NCBI GenBank assembly: GCA_951406725.2
Contig: OX597816.1
Span: forward strand, 156,364,001 to 156,428,000
Direction of reading: 5' to 3'
DNA: 64,000 nucleotides
Source: Octopus vulgaris
Lineage: Eukaryota
The notes beneath the pieces were generated by a model, which ran no database searches, was not told where the DNA came from, and worked only from the letters and a program-made list of their open reading frames with translations. Positions 29,326-43,661 of this stretch are shown in pieces. Position 1 is the stretch's first letter. Each line of letters opens with the position of its first letter. Both the position numbers and the translations under genes were made by a program.

Positions 29326-29877
29326 ACAATAATGTAAACAGCAAAGCCACCCTAAACCCTATATGTATGACCTATTTTTCTCTTCTTCTTCTATACACCA
29401 CGATAGTAATAAACTAGTTTCCTACGAAGCCTCTACTTCATTTCATTCTCTATCCCATGACAGAGAATGACGTAGATCTATACTCGTGTAATAAAGAATT
29501 CGACGATAATGTTTAAAGCTATACATGTCATAATCTGTGTGTATGTGTGTGTATGTGTATGTGTGTGCATGTGTACATACATAAACACAGACACATTTAT
29601 TTATACTATTTTATTGCAGCTGCAAAAAAAAAACCACCTAAAAACAGATCAAACTAACATACGGAGTTTCACGCAACTGTTCATCAGATTGCTGTGATAA
29701 CTCAAACTGATACGTATCAATCTGAATTATCAAGACCATCTGATTACGTGAAACTTCGTGTATCAGTTGGATAATGCTCTTTTTTCTTTTCCTTTTATTT
29801 TCTCAACGTTTGGTATTTGAGCAATATTTTTTCAACAATTTTTTTTATTTGCACCTATGTGTATACTTGTGTGTGCC

Positions 29878-29958
<81 letters not shown>

Positions 29959-30076
29959 AAAATAGAATAAAATCTTTATAAAAATTTATGAAGTAGTCAA
30001 CGTGAAAAAAACCAACATGGGAAAATTTTATAATTATTCCCTTTAAATATATTTATTTATATTAAGGGCAGTCCCG

Positions 30077-30370
<294 letters not shown>

Positions 30371-30379
30371 ATATATATG

Positions 30380-30730
30380 TGGAGGCGCAATGGCTCAGTG
30401 GTCAGGGCAGGTGACTTGTGGTCGTGAGATTGCGGTTTCTATTCCCAGACGGGGAGTAGATATTAAACGAAAACACCTACAGCACCACGAGGCTCCGGCA
30501 GGGAGTGGTGGCGAACCCTGCTGTACTATTTCCCTACAACTTTCTTTCACTCTTGCTTCCTGTTTCTGTTTTACATTTATTTCAACAGGCCAGCCTCGTC
30601 AAACACAGTGTCACGCTGAATCTTCACGTTTCTGTGGAGTGCTCAGCCACTTACACGTTCAATACACGAGCAGGCTTTTCCGTTGATCGGATCAACTGGA
30701 ACCCTGGTCGTCGTAACCGACGGAGTGCCA
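30380..30730 (+). mobile_element. SINE family B copy
   Basis: tggaggcgcaatggctcagtgg ... ctggaaccctggtcgtcgtaaccgacggagtgcc. Confidence 0.85.
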
Positions 30731-31097
30731 CGATAATATATATATATATGTTATATGTTTTATTTTGAGCGAGATAGACATAACATTTGAATGTTTTGAA
30801 GAAATCTATTTTTGATTACATTCAAAGCAAAACTGGAAAAGTTTGACTTATTACATGTGCTCTCATTACAAGGTGGGATTTTAAAAGTTATATATGTACA
30901 AAACAATGTATAAAAACTGCTATCCGTAATTCTTCAGGCAAATATTCAAAGATAACATTACTATCTTATTACTATTTTTCTGAAGAATTACTGATGGCAG
31001 ATTCTATACATATTTTTGGTACATGTATACCATTGTAACTCCTATCGTGTAATGTACACATATGTATATACATAAATGCATACAATACATACACGCG

Positions 31098-31287
31098 TCC
31101 AAGTGGCTGAGCACTCTACAGACACGTGTACCCTTAATGTAGTTCTCAGGGAGATTCGGCGTGAAACAGTGTGTGATAAGGCTGGCCCTTTGAAATACAG
31201 TTACTACTCATTTTTGCCAACGTGAAATAGTCTCTTGCTCAAGGACACAACGTGTCACCGGGAATTGAACTCACGACCTTACGATCG
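31098..31287 (-). mobile_element. SINE family B-related variant, partial
   Basis: caagtggctgagcactctacagacacgtgtacccttaa...ggccctttgaaatacag is shared with family B; the 5' part differs. Confidence 0.65.
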
Positions 31288-31724
31288 TGTGTGTGTCTGT
31301 GTCTGTGTTACCAAAAATTTGGGAATGGAGCAGATAAAATCCAGGTGAAATGTTTCATAACTAGCGGAACTTCACAAGTAATAATTATCCAAACGAATGG
31401 CAAACTTCTTCCTACACCTTGATCCGTGGATCTTACCTTTACATACCTAAATCTCTCTCTATGTATCTATCTCTATACACACACTCACTCTCTCACACAC
31501 ACAAACACACACATACACATCTGTATATCTATTTGAAGTCACGCACTAGTCGTCTGTCCTAGGCTTTTAAGTTACGGAAGGTTAAGCAACCCACCTCCGG
31601 TTGTCAAACAACAGGGTGTCACGTATACATACAGACATGTAAATATACATACATTAATATCTATGTGTGTGTATGTGTGAGTGCGTGTGTGTTCCTGTGT
31701 ATGTATGTGTGTCTGTTTGTGTAA

Positions 31725-31765
<41 letters not shown>

Positions 31766-31841
31766 TACACATACTCATATACATATGTGTGTGTGTGTTT
31801 TTATATGTATATATGTGTATATACAGAGTGAAAGTGAGAGT

Positions 31842-31875
<34 letters not shown>

Positions 31876-32580
31876 TCTAACGAGATTCTACATTGTTTCC
31901 ATCTGCGAAAATCATCCACAAGGCATTGATTTTCCGGGGCTTTGGTAGAAAACATATCATAGGTGCCGCGCAGTGTATCTGAAGTCCGAAACTATGTGTT
32001 TGCAAACAGAACAGGTTAACTAAACACACATACACACATACACACATACACAAACACACACGCACACGCGCACACACACAAATACACGTATATACATATA
32101 CATGTATGTATATCTGTCTGTCTATCTAACTATGTATATATATATATATATATATAACTATAACTATATATATATTCACACAAATGCACGCAGTAACCCA
32201 TGACTCACGCATTTTATGTGTTTATGTCTGGGTGTGTCTAATATTTGTCCTATACTTTATAATAATATGTTTATTCAAAACAATTTTTACTTACAAAAAC
32301 TGACGTTACATTTGATTTGATAAGCCTCATTTGCTGACAAACCCAAACTTGTAACGATTTGTGTTCTTGCACATGTGTCAAATATAATATGCACACCACA
32401 ATTATGAACAATTTTATTCTAGAATAATAATATAGAAACCTTTCATATCAAGAGTGTTTTATTGGGAGTGAAATAATGGGCTGCAGTTTTAAATTTCGTG
32501 TTGTTATATAGTGGTATTCAAATATGATTATGAAAATGTAACTATGATCTGTAAGTCCTTGTCACTATATATACATAAAT

Positions 32581-32623
<43 letters not shown>

Positions 32624-34070
32624 AATATATACATATGTATGAATGCATATATGTACGTATGTCGCTTGTGTATGCATATATATGTGTACGTCGCTGTTGA
32701 GCGCTACTGGTAATATGTGACACAGAACAACTTGTTGCATGGTCAGGACATTGGTGACTAAATTGGCACACAATGTCCAGCTGTTTGGACACCATGTAAG
32801 GCGGAAAATAAGGCTTGTTTAAGGACGGAAGAGCTCATGAGCAGTAAACAGCCATCAATCTATATGTGTACATGAGTATGTATGAATGTATGCATGAGGG
32901 GTGCGTGGACATACCTGAGTTTGTGTCTACGCGTCCGGTTGACCCTCAGTGAGTGGGAGGCACCTCTGTTGCTGTCACAACATCGCTCGAAGAGAGGAAA
33001 ACTCTGACAGAAAAGCTACGACACGGAAAATATTCTATATGTAAACCAGTTCTTCTTTATCGAGTTTATGTTGTCCATGTTCGGAGAGTAGTATTGGATT
33101 TGTGAAAATCCTTTCCTCACTATAAAAAAAGTCATCATGCACAGGCATCGCTTGGAATAAAGTAAGACCTACGGCAAAAATCGCTGGTCGTAAGGGACTT
33201 TCGATCAGGCGATGGCAATACTCGAACACGTGTTTGCAGCCATCAATTATGTATGTATGTATGTATGTATGTATGTATGTATGTATGTATGTATGTATGT
33301 ATGTATGTGTGCATGCATGCATGTATTTATGTATGTATGTATGTATGTATGTATGCATACATCTATGTGTGTGGGAAAGAGACCATTTTTCTGTGTGGTG
33401 TATATTGTCTTGTTCTCATATCTACGTTTGAATTACATGGAACTTTATCTATCTTACCAAGTTTACAGTCTTGCCGATCTTTCGAGACGACTTCTGGCAT
33501 ATAACATTATCAAAGCTATGTCAAAATCTGTACCTGATATTCAGAGATCGCAAAATACGTAAATTATGTTCAGTCATTGATCGTCTAAATTGTTCAAGTA
33601 TGATTCACATCAGAATGCCGTTCATAACTTGAACTTAATGTGCAAAAGATTTACGAATATTCTCATCCACATGCATAATAATGTTAAACCAGTTTTTATG
33701 CTAAGATTCTCTGAGGAACATGTTACGATTTCTAGCACACAAATAGCATAGTTCACCATTCTAGTCCATCGACCACAAACATTACCACCTCTGACCTTTT
33801 GAACTATACAATTGGATACTCTCCTTTCGTTAAATCTCACACGATATGCCGACATCTGCTCACCATATCTCTCACTAAACATTATGCTTAATTTTTTCAC
33901 AGACTTCTGCTACAACAACCCTTCACAATTAATTTCCCTTAATTCACTTTCCGCTTTCGCAGGGTGTTTTTCAAGACATGTAGAAACTAGGAAGTCCATG
34001 GGCGCTTCCCATCTTTCTTAGACTAATCATATTCAGACACGGGAAATATATACATATATATATGTGTGTG

Positions 34071-34130
<60 letters not shown>

Positions 34131-34449
34131 TGCGTGCGTGTGTGTATGAGTGTGTGTGTAATATATATATAGATAGATAGATACAGATAGATAGAGAGAG
34201 AGAGAAAGAGAGAGAGAGTGAGAGAGAACAAATAGGTGAGGGATTATCAATCTGGGAAGGACTCTTCTTAAGCTATCTGTTCGCACACCACGCTTAGAGT
34301 ACTACTTAGATTATTGAGAGTGAAGACCTCCAAGTAATCTTTTGGTAGGGTCCCAAGTAATGGTTTATCACAATTATATATTCCCTAGATGGGCTCCGAC
34401 CATTATTCTAAACTTGTTTCTTATATATATATATAAGTACACATTTGTA

Positions 34450-34491
<42 letters not shown>

Positions 34492-34622
34492 GAGATAGTG
34501 AGAGAGAGAGAATATACACAACATATGTTTATGTCAAAAAATCATAAAAGTTACATGATCTTAATTATGAAACGCTTCTTTTTTGCATGCAAATGAATGA
34601 ATTTTATAAGTGTGTAACTTAC

Positions 34623-35240
34623 CTTAAATAGTCTGAGAATGTTGGCTACCATAATGGAGACCAGGCTGGAGGCAGCCCCTATAACCCCCACGACTGATGT
34701 CTTTGGGGAATACTTTGGGGGGCTTCCGTCAGTACAGGTGTAGTCCATTGTGTTTAAGTTCCTTGCACGGATAAAATCCATCGATTGCTCCAACGCGTAA
34801 GTGTCAAAGCTGCATGTATCTAGAATGTGCACACCGACTGAAATATTTGGTAGCAAATAATTGTCTTTGTTAATCCTGTCCACGGCGAATAACATCGCTT
34901 CCATTCTTTGGATCCCTTTCTCTTTTTTTATACTGCCACAAGATTTACCATCTTGTCCCTTTTCGTGCATCGGGAACAGCCCACCGAACACAACCTGGCC
35001 GTCGATGCGAATTTTCTTCTCAGTTTCATATTTGCTACCCCCGACCCCTTCGTAAGAAGTAGTAGTGGACCGGGAATGGCCGGAATCGCCCAAAGTTACT
35101 GAGGACAGTGTTGCTAATAGAAGTCCGCAATAGCAGTAGTAGAAGAACGAGTAGAAAGGAAATGCATAAAAGGCGCATTGTGGCGAGTTGGACGCTGAAG
35201 CGATCGTGCAGACAGCCGTTGTGCTTCGCATACCAAACAT
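34623..35240 (-). CDS. GRM: First coding exon of a metabotropic glutamate receptor (class C GPCR, group III / GRM4-7-8-like): signal peptide plus N-terminal Venus-flytrap domain, 206 codons, phase-0 intron follows
   Basis: The translation contains [70 protein letters not shown] and [24 protein letters not shown]. These are hallmark mGluR motifs; [13 protein letters not shown] and [11 protein letters not shown] are typical of group III. ATG is at 35240 with an in-frame TGA 6 codons upstream, followed by a hydrophobic N-terminal stretch. The donor AAG|GTAAGT at 34623/34622 sits where vertebrate group III genes splice before IPQISYAS. Confidence 0.95.
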
Positions 35241-35984
<744 letters not shown>

Positions 35985-36782
35985 CTGAAAAATTCATTTG
36001 GTGGGGTATGTTGAGATGTGTGCTTGCTGTAGTGAGCATGAATGCATGTGTGTGTGTGTCTTTGTGTATGTATGTGCGTGTGAGTGTCAATGTATTTATA
36101 GATGTATGTGGAACTGGGTGTATAATAATATGAATGGCAAGCTTAGTGTATGCCAATGCGAAGGTTCGTTTCGTAGAACGAGCAAAGTGTCTATGAATGG
36201 TCTACGGGATAAGTACATCTGTGTGTTTGTGTGTGCTTATGTGTGTTTTACATGTGGAGTTTGTGTGTATATGTAATAATTACTCTGAATATATGTCAAT
36301 GTGTGTGTGTGTTTGTGTGCTTAAAATAAACTCTAAAGATGAGTGAATTAATGTGTGTTTATCCGTTTCCCATTGTGAATGAATTTTAGAGTGTATATGA
36401 CTGCCTGAATATATGTGTGTGTGTGTATCAGCTTGTGTATATTAGTGTATTTTTGAATGTGTATGCCGTTCTGTGTGTGAGTTTGTATATGACTATGATA
36501 CGGATAAACGTGAATATATGACTTTGCTTAAAAATAGAAACGGGTGGAGAGGGATGATGGAGGGAAAAACACCCGACGAGTGTTTCAAGTGGAGCTTTTA
36601 AGTGGATAGATTTTGTGCAACAAAATATTCGGACTGATCATATGTTATTAAGTCTATAAAATGAACGTGTGTAAATGTGAGTATATACACACACAAATGT
36701 AAATTCAAACACACACACGCATAGACATAAGTGTTTGCGTATATGAGTGAGTAAGATTTACAGCTATTAAAAAAGGAATAAC

Positions 36783-37056
36783 CTGACCGTTTTCATTTTG
36801 TGTTCACGGACACATACCAAGAGAATTTATAATGCATGTTGTGTAAGAAGCAATTCTTGACTACATAGTTTTTTCTTACAGATTACACTTAAATTATTTA
36901 ATGAGACTTGTTTTCCTTTTTCCTCTTTCGTCCTTGCTCTGAAAGTTTATCTTTCTTATCTTTCTTCTTCACGGAATTCTTTGTTACTTGCCAGTTCCAA
37001 AATGTTTCTACAGTAGTCACGACTGATTAGTGTGCCGTTTGGTCAATTTCACATTC
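36783..37056 (-). other. Candidate non-coding 5'UTR exon of the mGluR gene
   Basis: On the minus strand, a long polypyrimidine tract and acceptor ctactttcacttcttttcatctgtttactttcag|G at 37057/37056, and a donor CAG|GTTATT at 36783/36782. The sequence between is non-repetitive with no long ORF. Inferred from splice signals only. Confidence 0.35.
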
Positions 37057-37926
37057 CTGAAAGTAAACAGATGAAAAGAAGTGAAAGTAGAAATAATATT
37101 GATAAAAGATATCTAGTTAAAATTACAAACATGGAAATATGTATGGTATCATGGAATGGTATCTTCTACAAATGTACTCGTATGAGAACACATCTCTCCT
37201 TCTTTCACGTCCCTTTGTTTCTTCACTGTCTCTCTTTCAATATTTTAGTTTATTTCTACATTCTTACATACGTGTAAATATATATACATTCGTACATATG
37301 TGTAAATCACATATACACATACAAACACGCATACATACATACATACATACATACATACATACATACATACATACATACATACATACATACATACAATCAT
37401 GTGTGAACATGTTTATGTATATGTATGCACGTATGTATATTGATGTCTATTCTTGTTATAAAATAAACAAACGGAGAAAACAAAACAAGAATTTAAGCGA
37501 GTGTACACAATATACAGAATAAAATCATTTGTTTTTTTAGACGATGGATCTCACAAAAATCATATTTCCTACTCTCAGACAAATACTTTAGAATTAAAAT
37601 AATACAAACAAAGGGAAATCACATCATCTAAATGCACTCATATAAATATATACTGATGTATCGCCATATGTCTGTATATATCACACATATATCATATGTA
37701 TGTATACATGTATATGCATACATATTGATATATATATGTGTATACACATATGTAGATATATTATATAAATATATGATACATACATAGTGCATATATGTAT
37801 TATTAGTAATTCAAAATATCCATTTTATTTTATATATAGTTGTGCTTGATATGAATATTTTATACTATATAATTTATAAATATATATATGCATAGATGCA
37901 CAATCACACATACACACGAACATACA

Positions 37927-37965
<39 letters not shown>

Positions 37966-38563
37966 AATTTATTATACACATATATGTGTGTGTATATATA
38001 TATATATATATACGCACACAAAAATGTATATGCAGTTTATGTCTATGTGTGTATATATGTATATATTATGTGTATGTAAGTGTTAAAACGAGTGTTGTGT
38101 TTGAAAGAGGAGAGATGGTGTACGCGCGAAATATTGATAAATGAATATCCAAAAGAAACAGAGGACATGAAAACTAGAGAAAGATTCACTTTCTATAATT
38201 TCATGTGGTGGAAAATAAACAAAAATAGACAAAAGTAAAATGAAGTAAAATATATTGAAACGTCTTGATATATTGAAGTGTTGGTTTACACGCGTCTTAA
38301 CGAAAGCGTAAGTTCACTACTTTCAAGACTAGTTAGTGTCTTGTCTTTCTGACAGAAAAATATATCAGTGTTTTTAAGCACAGAAATATACAGTCTATAT
38401 ACTCATAGCTTTATTCATCTCAAACAATACGAAGAAGAGCCGAGTCCATCAATGGTGTATTACTCTGATATATGAAGTAGTGTTGTTGCTGCTCATACAT
38501 ATATTAGATAACAGCTAGAAAAGGTCGTCCGATTAGAATTATAAATATCTTAGATCAAGAATG

Positions 38564-38658
<95 letters not shown>

Positions 38659-38962
38659 GAAACATTCCTGTCACAACCTGAGACCTTGAAGGCTGCTTAA
38701 ATGCAAGAAAGTATACTAGTCCCTTAATATTTGATATTCAATATTTCATCTATTCAATAAGACAATCAATATTTCATTTCATTTTACTATATATATATTA
38801 TTTATACTATATATTGTATATACTACATTCACATTATAAAGAATATAAATAAAACATAAAAAGCAGAGTTGGAATTCCTTTGAATAATACATATTCCTTT
38901 ATACACAATCATACAAACCCCTTTATATATATATATATATGTGTGTGTGTATATATATACTG

Positions 38963-39353
38963 TTTGCATTAGTCGCACTGGTCTCCCCATCTTGATTATT
39001 GCTTTCCCTACTTTTCAACTGTGTATTTTCCAGCCTTCTTCAGGTGTCTTGTGCTTTGCCTTGGAGCAAACTCAGAAATATAGAATTGTATTATCCAAGC
39101 AGAACTGAGCCGATAGAAGGCATCAGTGGATGTTTATTAGCCTAAAAATATCACTCCTTCACTGTCTACGGGTATCGCGTAGTAGATAAAGGCATTAGTT
39201 AATGCTGTGCAGTCGTGTAGAGAGTCTGTGTTTAACCCTAGGCGAAGCATTAAGGTGAATCGCAAGACACCTGAAGAGAGCTGGGGCTTCCAACAGCTGA
39301 AATGTTGTGTGAAGCAACAATAAAGATGAAGATACTAATACGACTAATGTAAA
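38963..39353. mobile_element. Fold-back element with outward-reading hammerhead-like (CUGAAGA...GAAA) arms
   Basis: 38963-39051 is a diverged reverse complement of 39263-39353 (caagacacctgaaga...cgactaatg[c/t]aaa). Confidence 0.65.
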
Positions 39354-39397
39354 GTCATTCGATCAATTGTCATTACAGACACGTTTTAACCACGAGA

Positions 39398-39751
39398 CAA
39401 GTGACTCCCAACCATTTTTTTACTATGGGTCCCCTCGAATTCCTATCTTACTCGGATGGAGCCTCATAGACATTGTATGTTCAAAACGTTTATTACATTT
39501 CTATTATTGAACATTATCGGAATTGTATAAAAATGGTGTTAATATATTTTTTGTATTGAAGAAGTATAACCAATTTATTTGGCGCAGGAGTAGCTGTGTT
39601 GTAAGAAGCTTGCTTACGAACCACATGGTTCCGGGTTCAGTCCCACTGCGTGGCAACTTGGGCATGTGTCTTCTACTATAGCCTCGGGCCGACCAAAGTC
39701 TTATGAGTGGATTTGGTAGACGGAAACTGAAAGAGGACCGTCGTTTATATG

Positions 39752-39797
<46 letters not shown>

Positions 39798-40086
39798 TAT
39801 GTGTGTGTATGTTTGTGTGTCTGTGTTTGTCCCCCCAACATCGCTTGACAACCGATGCTGGTGTATTTACGTCCCCGTAACTTAGCGGTTCGGCAAAAGA
39901 GACCGATAGAATAAGTACTAGGCTTACAAAGAATAAGTCCTGGGGTCGATTTGCTCGACTAAAGGCGGTGATTCAGCATTGCCACAGTCACATGACTGAA
40001 ACAAGTTGTCCATAAACTTTAACAGCAAAATGTTATATAGCCCCTCCCTATCCGAGTGTCGTATGGATCCCGGTTGAGAACCGTGG
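39398..40086. mobile_element. Degraded hAT-like MITE interrupted by a full-length SINE
   Basis: The ends caagtgactcccaacc and ggttgagaaccgtg resemble CAGTGGTTCTCAACC-type hAT TIRs. A family A SINE occupies 39581-40006 inside it. Confidence 0.4.
39581..40006 (+). mobile_element. SINE family A (tRNA-derived), near full-length copy
   Basis: Pol III A/B-box-like head (agctgtgttgtaag...ggttcagtccc), internal (TA)n(TG)n tract, and 3' tail ggcggtgattcagcattgccacagtcacatgactgaaacaagt. Many homologous copies occur in the window. Confidence 0.85.
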
Positions 40087-41169
40087 CACTAGACTACGGG
40101 CATGCACTCTCCCCACCACCCGATGAATTCTTAGTACTCCTATAATGACTTCTCCTTATTGGAGCTACATTGACCCATACTACCTCCACACAGCAACCCA
40201 CGATCCACTCGGCTATTCTTTCATTAAACGTGATTTCATGTCCCTTCCCTTCACACATGCATAAACACGCACACCTCGCATTTATCCTTACGCCCAATCT
40301 CTACTTCCTGGAGCGCTGGTCATCAGGAATACCTTTGCTGCTGATAAATTTCCGGCAGTTTTTGTCTGACAAAGGTCAAAGATAAACATTAATGTCTTCA
40401 ATCTAGAAGTAATTGCAAAGGCACTGGTCAGTTCCTCCTTCCCCCAGTCCCAGTAAAAAAGCAAAAACGTATGTCTGCCCGAAAAACCAATATTAGGTCT
40501 ACGTGTACGATGATAGTGTATGATATTCGAATGATTTAGCACTTATATCTACTCTATCGGCCGACTTTATTTATTCTCACTTTGTAGTCTGCTTTTAGCT
40601 TAAGTAAAAATATTGAAGACACTTCGTAATATCTACTCTCATTATGATCGATTAACCCTTTGAGGAAATGCTTTCAGCTGTTACCATCTTGATTTTATAA
40701 TTTGTGATAGATTACATTTATATATATGTGTGTGTGTGTGTGTGTGTAAGTGTTTGGTAACAAAACTGCTGTTAGACCATAATCAGCAGATCTTTAATCG
40801 AACGTTTTGCAGCCATAAAGAAACGGACTCTTTTGTATCATATGTAGTCTACATAAGACAAGAAATGAATGGTGTTCTTAATACACAACCAGTATGATGA
40901 AATTTTATGGATGTTTTGTTGCTATTTCCAGTATGTCGAGACACTGCATTAACTGACATTCCATGTGCTCATTTGCTTGTTCACGATAATTATATTTTGA
41001 TGTTCTGTGCTGTGTGTGATCTATGCTGTGTGTGCTGCAATATTAGTGGATGGAAAGCGTACGACGGAACCGGTTTTGGTGGAAACAGCATTTAAAAATA
41101 GTCTTGTGTACTTAGCTTAGACTTTGTGGACGTATTGTACAATCTGGTGAAAGTTTAAGAAAACAAATT

Positions 41170-41724
41170 CCCGGCACCTATGGCCAAGTCACTTCTGTTC
41201 TAGCCTTGGACCAGCCAAAGCCTTGTGAGGTGGTTCATTAGACAGAAACTGAATGATGTCCGTCGTATATATAATATGATATAATATAATATAAAATGTG
41301 TGCGTGTCTTTGTGGTTGTGTTTGTTCTACCACCAACGCTTAGCCACTGGAGTTAATTTGTTTACATGTCTGTAATGTAGCTGTTCGGCTTAAAAGTAAA
41401 AATAAGTCGAGGGCACGATTTTCCGACTTAAACTTTTTAAGTACTTATTCTATCGGTGTCTTTTACCGAACCGCTAATTTACAGGGACGTAAACACACCA
41501 AAATCGGTTGCCAAGCGATGCTGGTGAGTCAAACACAGACACACAAACATACGCAAACATACACACACAAACACGAACATATATATGACAGGCTTCTTTC
41601 AGATTATGTCTTCTAAAACCCACTCACACGGCTATGGTAGAAGACACTTGCCCACGCAGTGGGACTGTACCTGGAACCATCTGGTTGGGAAGCAAGCTTC
41701 TTCCCACACAACCACTCCTGCGCC
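41170..41724. mobile_element. Two adjacent SINE family A copies in opposite orientation (+ about 41170-41435; - about 41440-41724)
   Basis: The first matches the family A body on the plus strand. The second matches the reverse complement and ends cactcctgcgcc. Confidence 0.7.
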
Positions 41725-41753
41725 TGTATATATATACATACATATCTATACAT

Positions 41754-41784
<31 letters not shown>

Positions 41785-41807
41785 CAAACATATATATATA
41801 TACATAC

Positions 41808-41892
<85 letters not shown>

Positions 41893-42533
41893 TGTATGTA
41901 TAAAAACACATGCACAACTTTTGTACTCAGACAAAATACTCTAACATTTGTACAAACAGACAAAATAAAAAAAGAATCTCGACTAGCCGACATATTTAGA
42001 ACTTATTTCTAATTTTCAGAACAAGGAATATCGATGCTTTACATGATCGAACTCTATGATTTATTTTCATTTTTCTGATTTCATCCCTTTACGTTCTGTC
42101 TTCGAATGAAACTGACCAAATCTTTTTATATCCAGCCAGATTTTACGGAATAGGTCGCCCGATATGGATACCGGAAATTATTATATCGTCTGTAGTTATC
42201 CATCAAATTTTGCGATTTATTTTTATTACTTACGTTAAAAATGAAAATGGTGAAAGAGATCGATCACCACAAATAGTCAACCTAAATGCATTGGAGTATT
42301 CAGTTTATTCCTTGTCTATTTAGTAAGACAATTTCTTCCTTCTTCTCCATCTAAACACACAAGCACACATGCACATGCGCAACTAGGTGCTTCATCCACT
42401 TCTGTAAGATAATTAGAATCAATGCAATCGACCATAACCACTCCACAATATAAACTGTGCTATTGTCTTGGTAAAAACAAAAGCTAAACATAAATTTCAT
42501 TTCTTTTTGTTTTGAGAATGCGTGTTAGCCATG

Positions 42534-42546
42534 GTTGCTAAGCAAC
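42534..42546. promoter_or_regulatory. Candidate RFX X-box (GTTGCTAAGCAAC)
   Basis: A palindrome GTTGCT-A-AGCAAC fitting the RFX consensus, in non-repetitive sequence upstream of the mGluR exon. Motif match only. Confidence 0.3.
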
Positions 42547-43099
42547 GTGCTTTTGTTTTATTTTGTTTTTGTTTTCTATAATCGTTGATATGTGAAGTGT
42601 AGTTACACTTAGAGTGATTGATATGCAAACTTTGAACATGTCTGTTTGTGTGTGAATGCGGGTATATGTGAATGTTTATGTGTGTCTGTGTGTCCTTGTG
42701 TCTGTGTGTCCTTGTGTCTGTGTGCTCTTCTCTATGCAGGCCAGCAATGTTTTATGTTTTCTGGCAGTTTACGAATATTGATGAACTCGAAGTGAATATT
42801 GAAAATCCACGTGATTGATCTTTGGAAAATAAGCATTTTTGAAGGATCCATTGAAGAAAATACGCAGAGCGGAGTCCGGCAACCATGATACTGGAGAGAA
42901 ATCAAGACAATATTTTCTAATTTAGACACAAGACCAGCAGTTGTAAGGGCTGGTGTTTGGCCAATACCATTAATCTCAGTACTAGTCTGAGACATTTTTA
43001 TCGCTCGAAACTGTTGAGCTAAGTTAACCTCGGCGGAATTTGAACTCGAAACGTAATGAAACGGAACAACTGCAGCCGATGCTCTAATTATGGTTCCAA

Positions 43100-43661
43100 A
43101 TTTTAGACAACGTCAGAAATTTTAGGGGTGGGAATAAGTCGATTACATCGACCTCAGTCATAAAAATTAGTGGCACCAATTTTATCGACCCTGTAAGGAT
43201 GAAAGGCAAAGTTGATCTCGGCAAAATTTGAACTGAGAACGAACAGACGGGCGAATTGTTAAGCATCTTATCCAGAATCTTAATAATTCTCTACTAATCC
43301 TTTCTACTGGGGGAAGGGATTAAATCAATTATATCGGCCCCAGTGTGTAACTGGTACTTATTTAATCGACCGCAACAGACAGAAAAGCAAAGTAGACCCC
43401 GGCGGAATTTGAGCAGTAGACGCAATACCTATTTCTTTACAACCCACAAGGGGCTAAACACAGAGGGGGCAAATAAGGACAGACAAAGGGATTAAGTCGA
43501 TTACATCGACCTCAGTGAGTAACTGGTATTTATTTAATCGACCCCGAAAGGATGAAAGGTAAAGTCAACCTCGGCGGAATTTGAACTCAGAACGTAACGG
43601 CAGACGAAATACGGCTACGCATTTCGTCCGGCGTGCTAACGATTCTGCCAGCTCGCCGCCT
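43100..43661 (-). mobile_element. SINE family C tandem/cluster
   Basis: Same head (at 43661) and repeated gtcgattacatcgacctcagt...gaaaggcaaagtc-acctcggcggaatttgaact units. An older fragment lies at about 42925-43090. Confidence 0.85.

Noticed and set aside
34551-34622. C-terminal part of the 229-aa ORF (VSYTLIKF...)
   Set aside because: Read-through into the intron past the GTAAGT donor; mGluR similarity stops at LRLFK.
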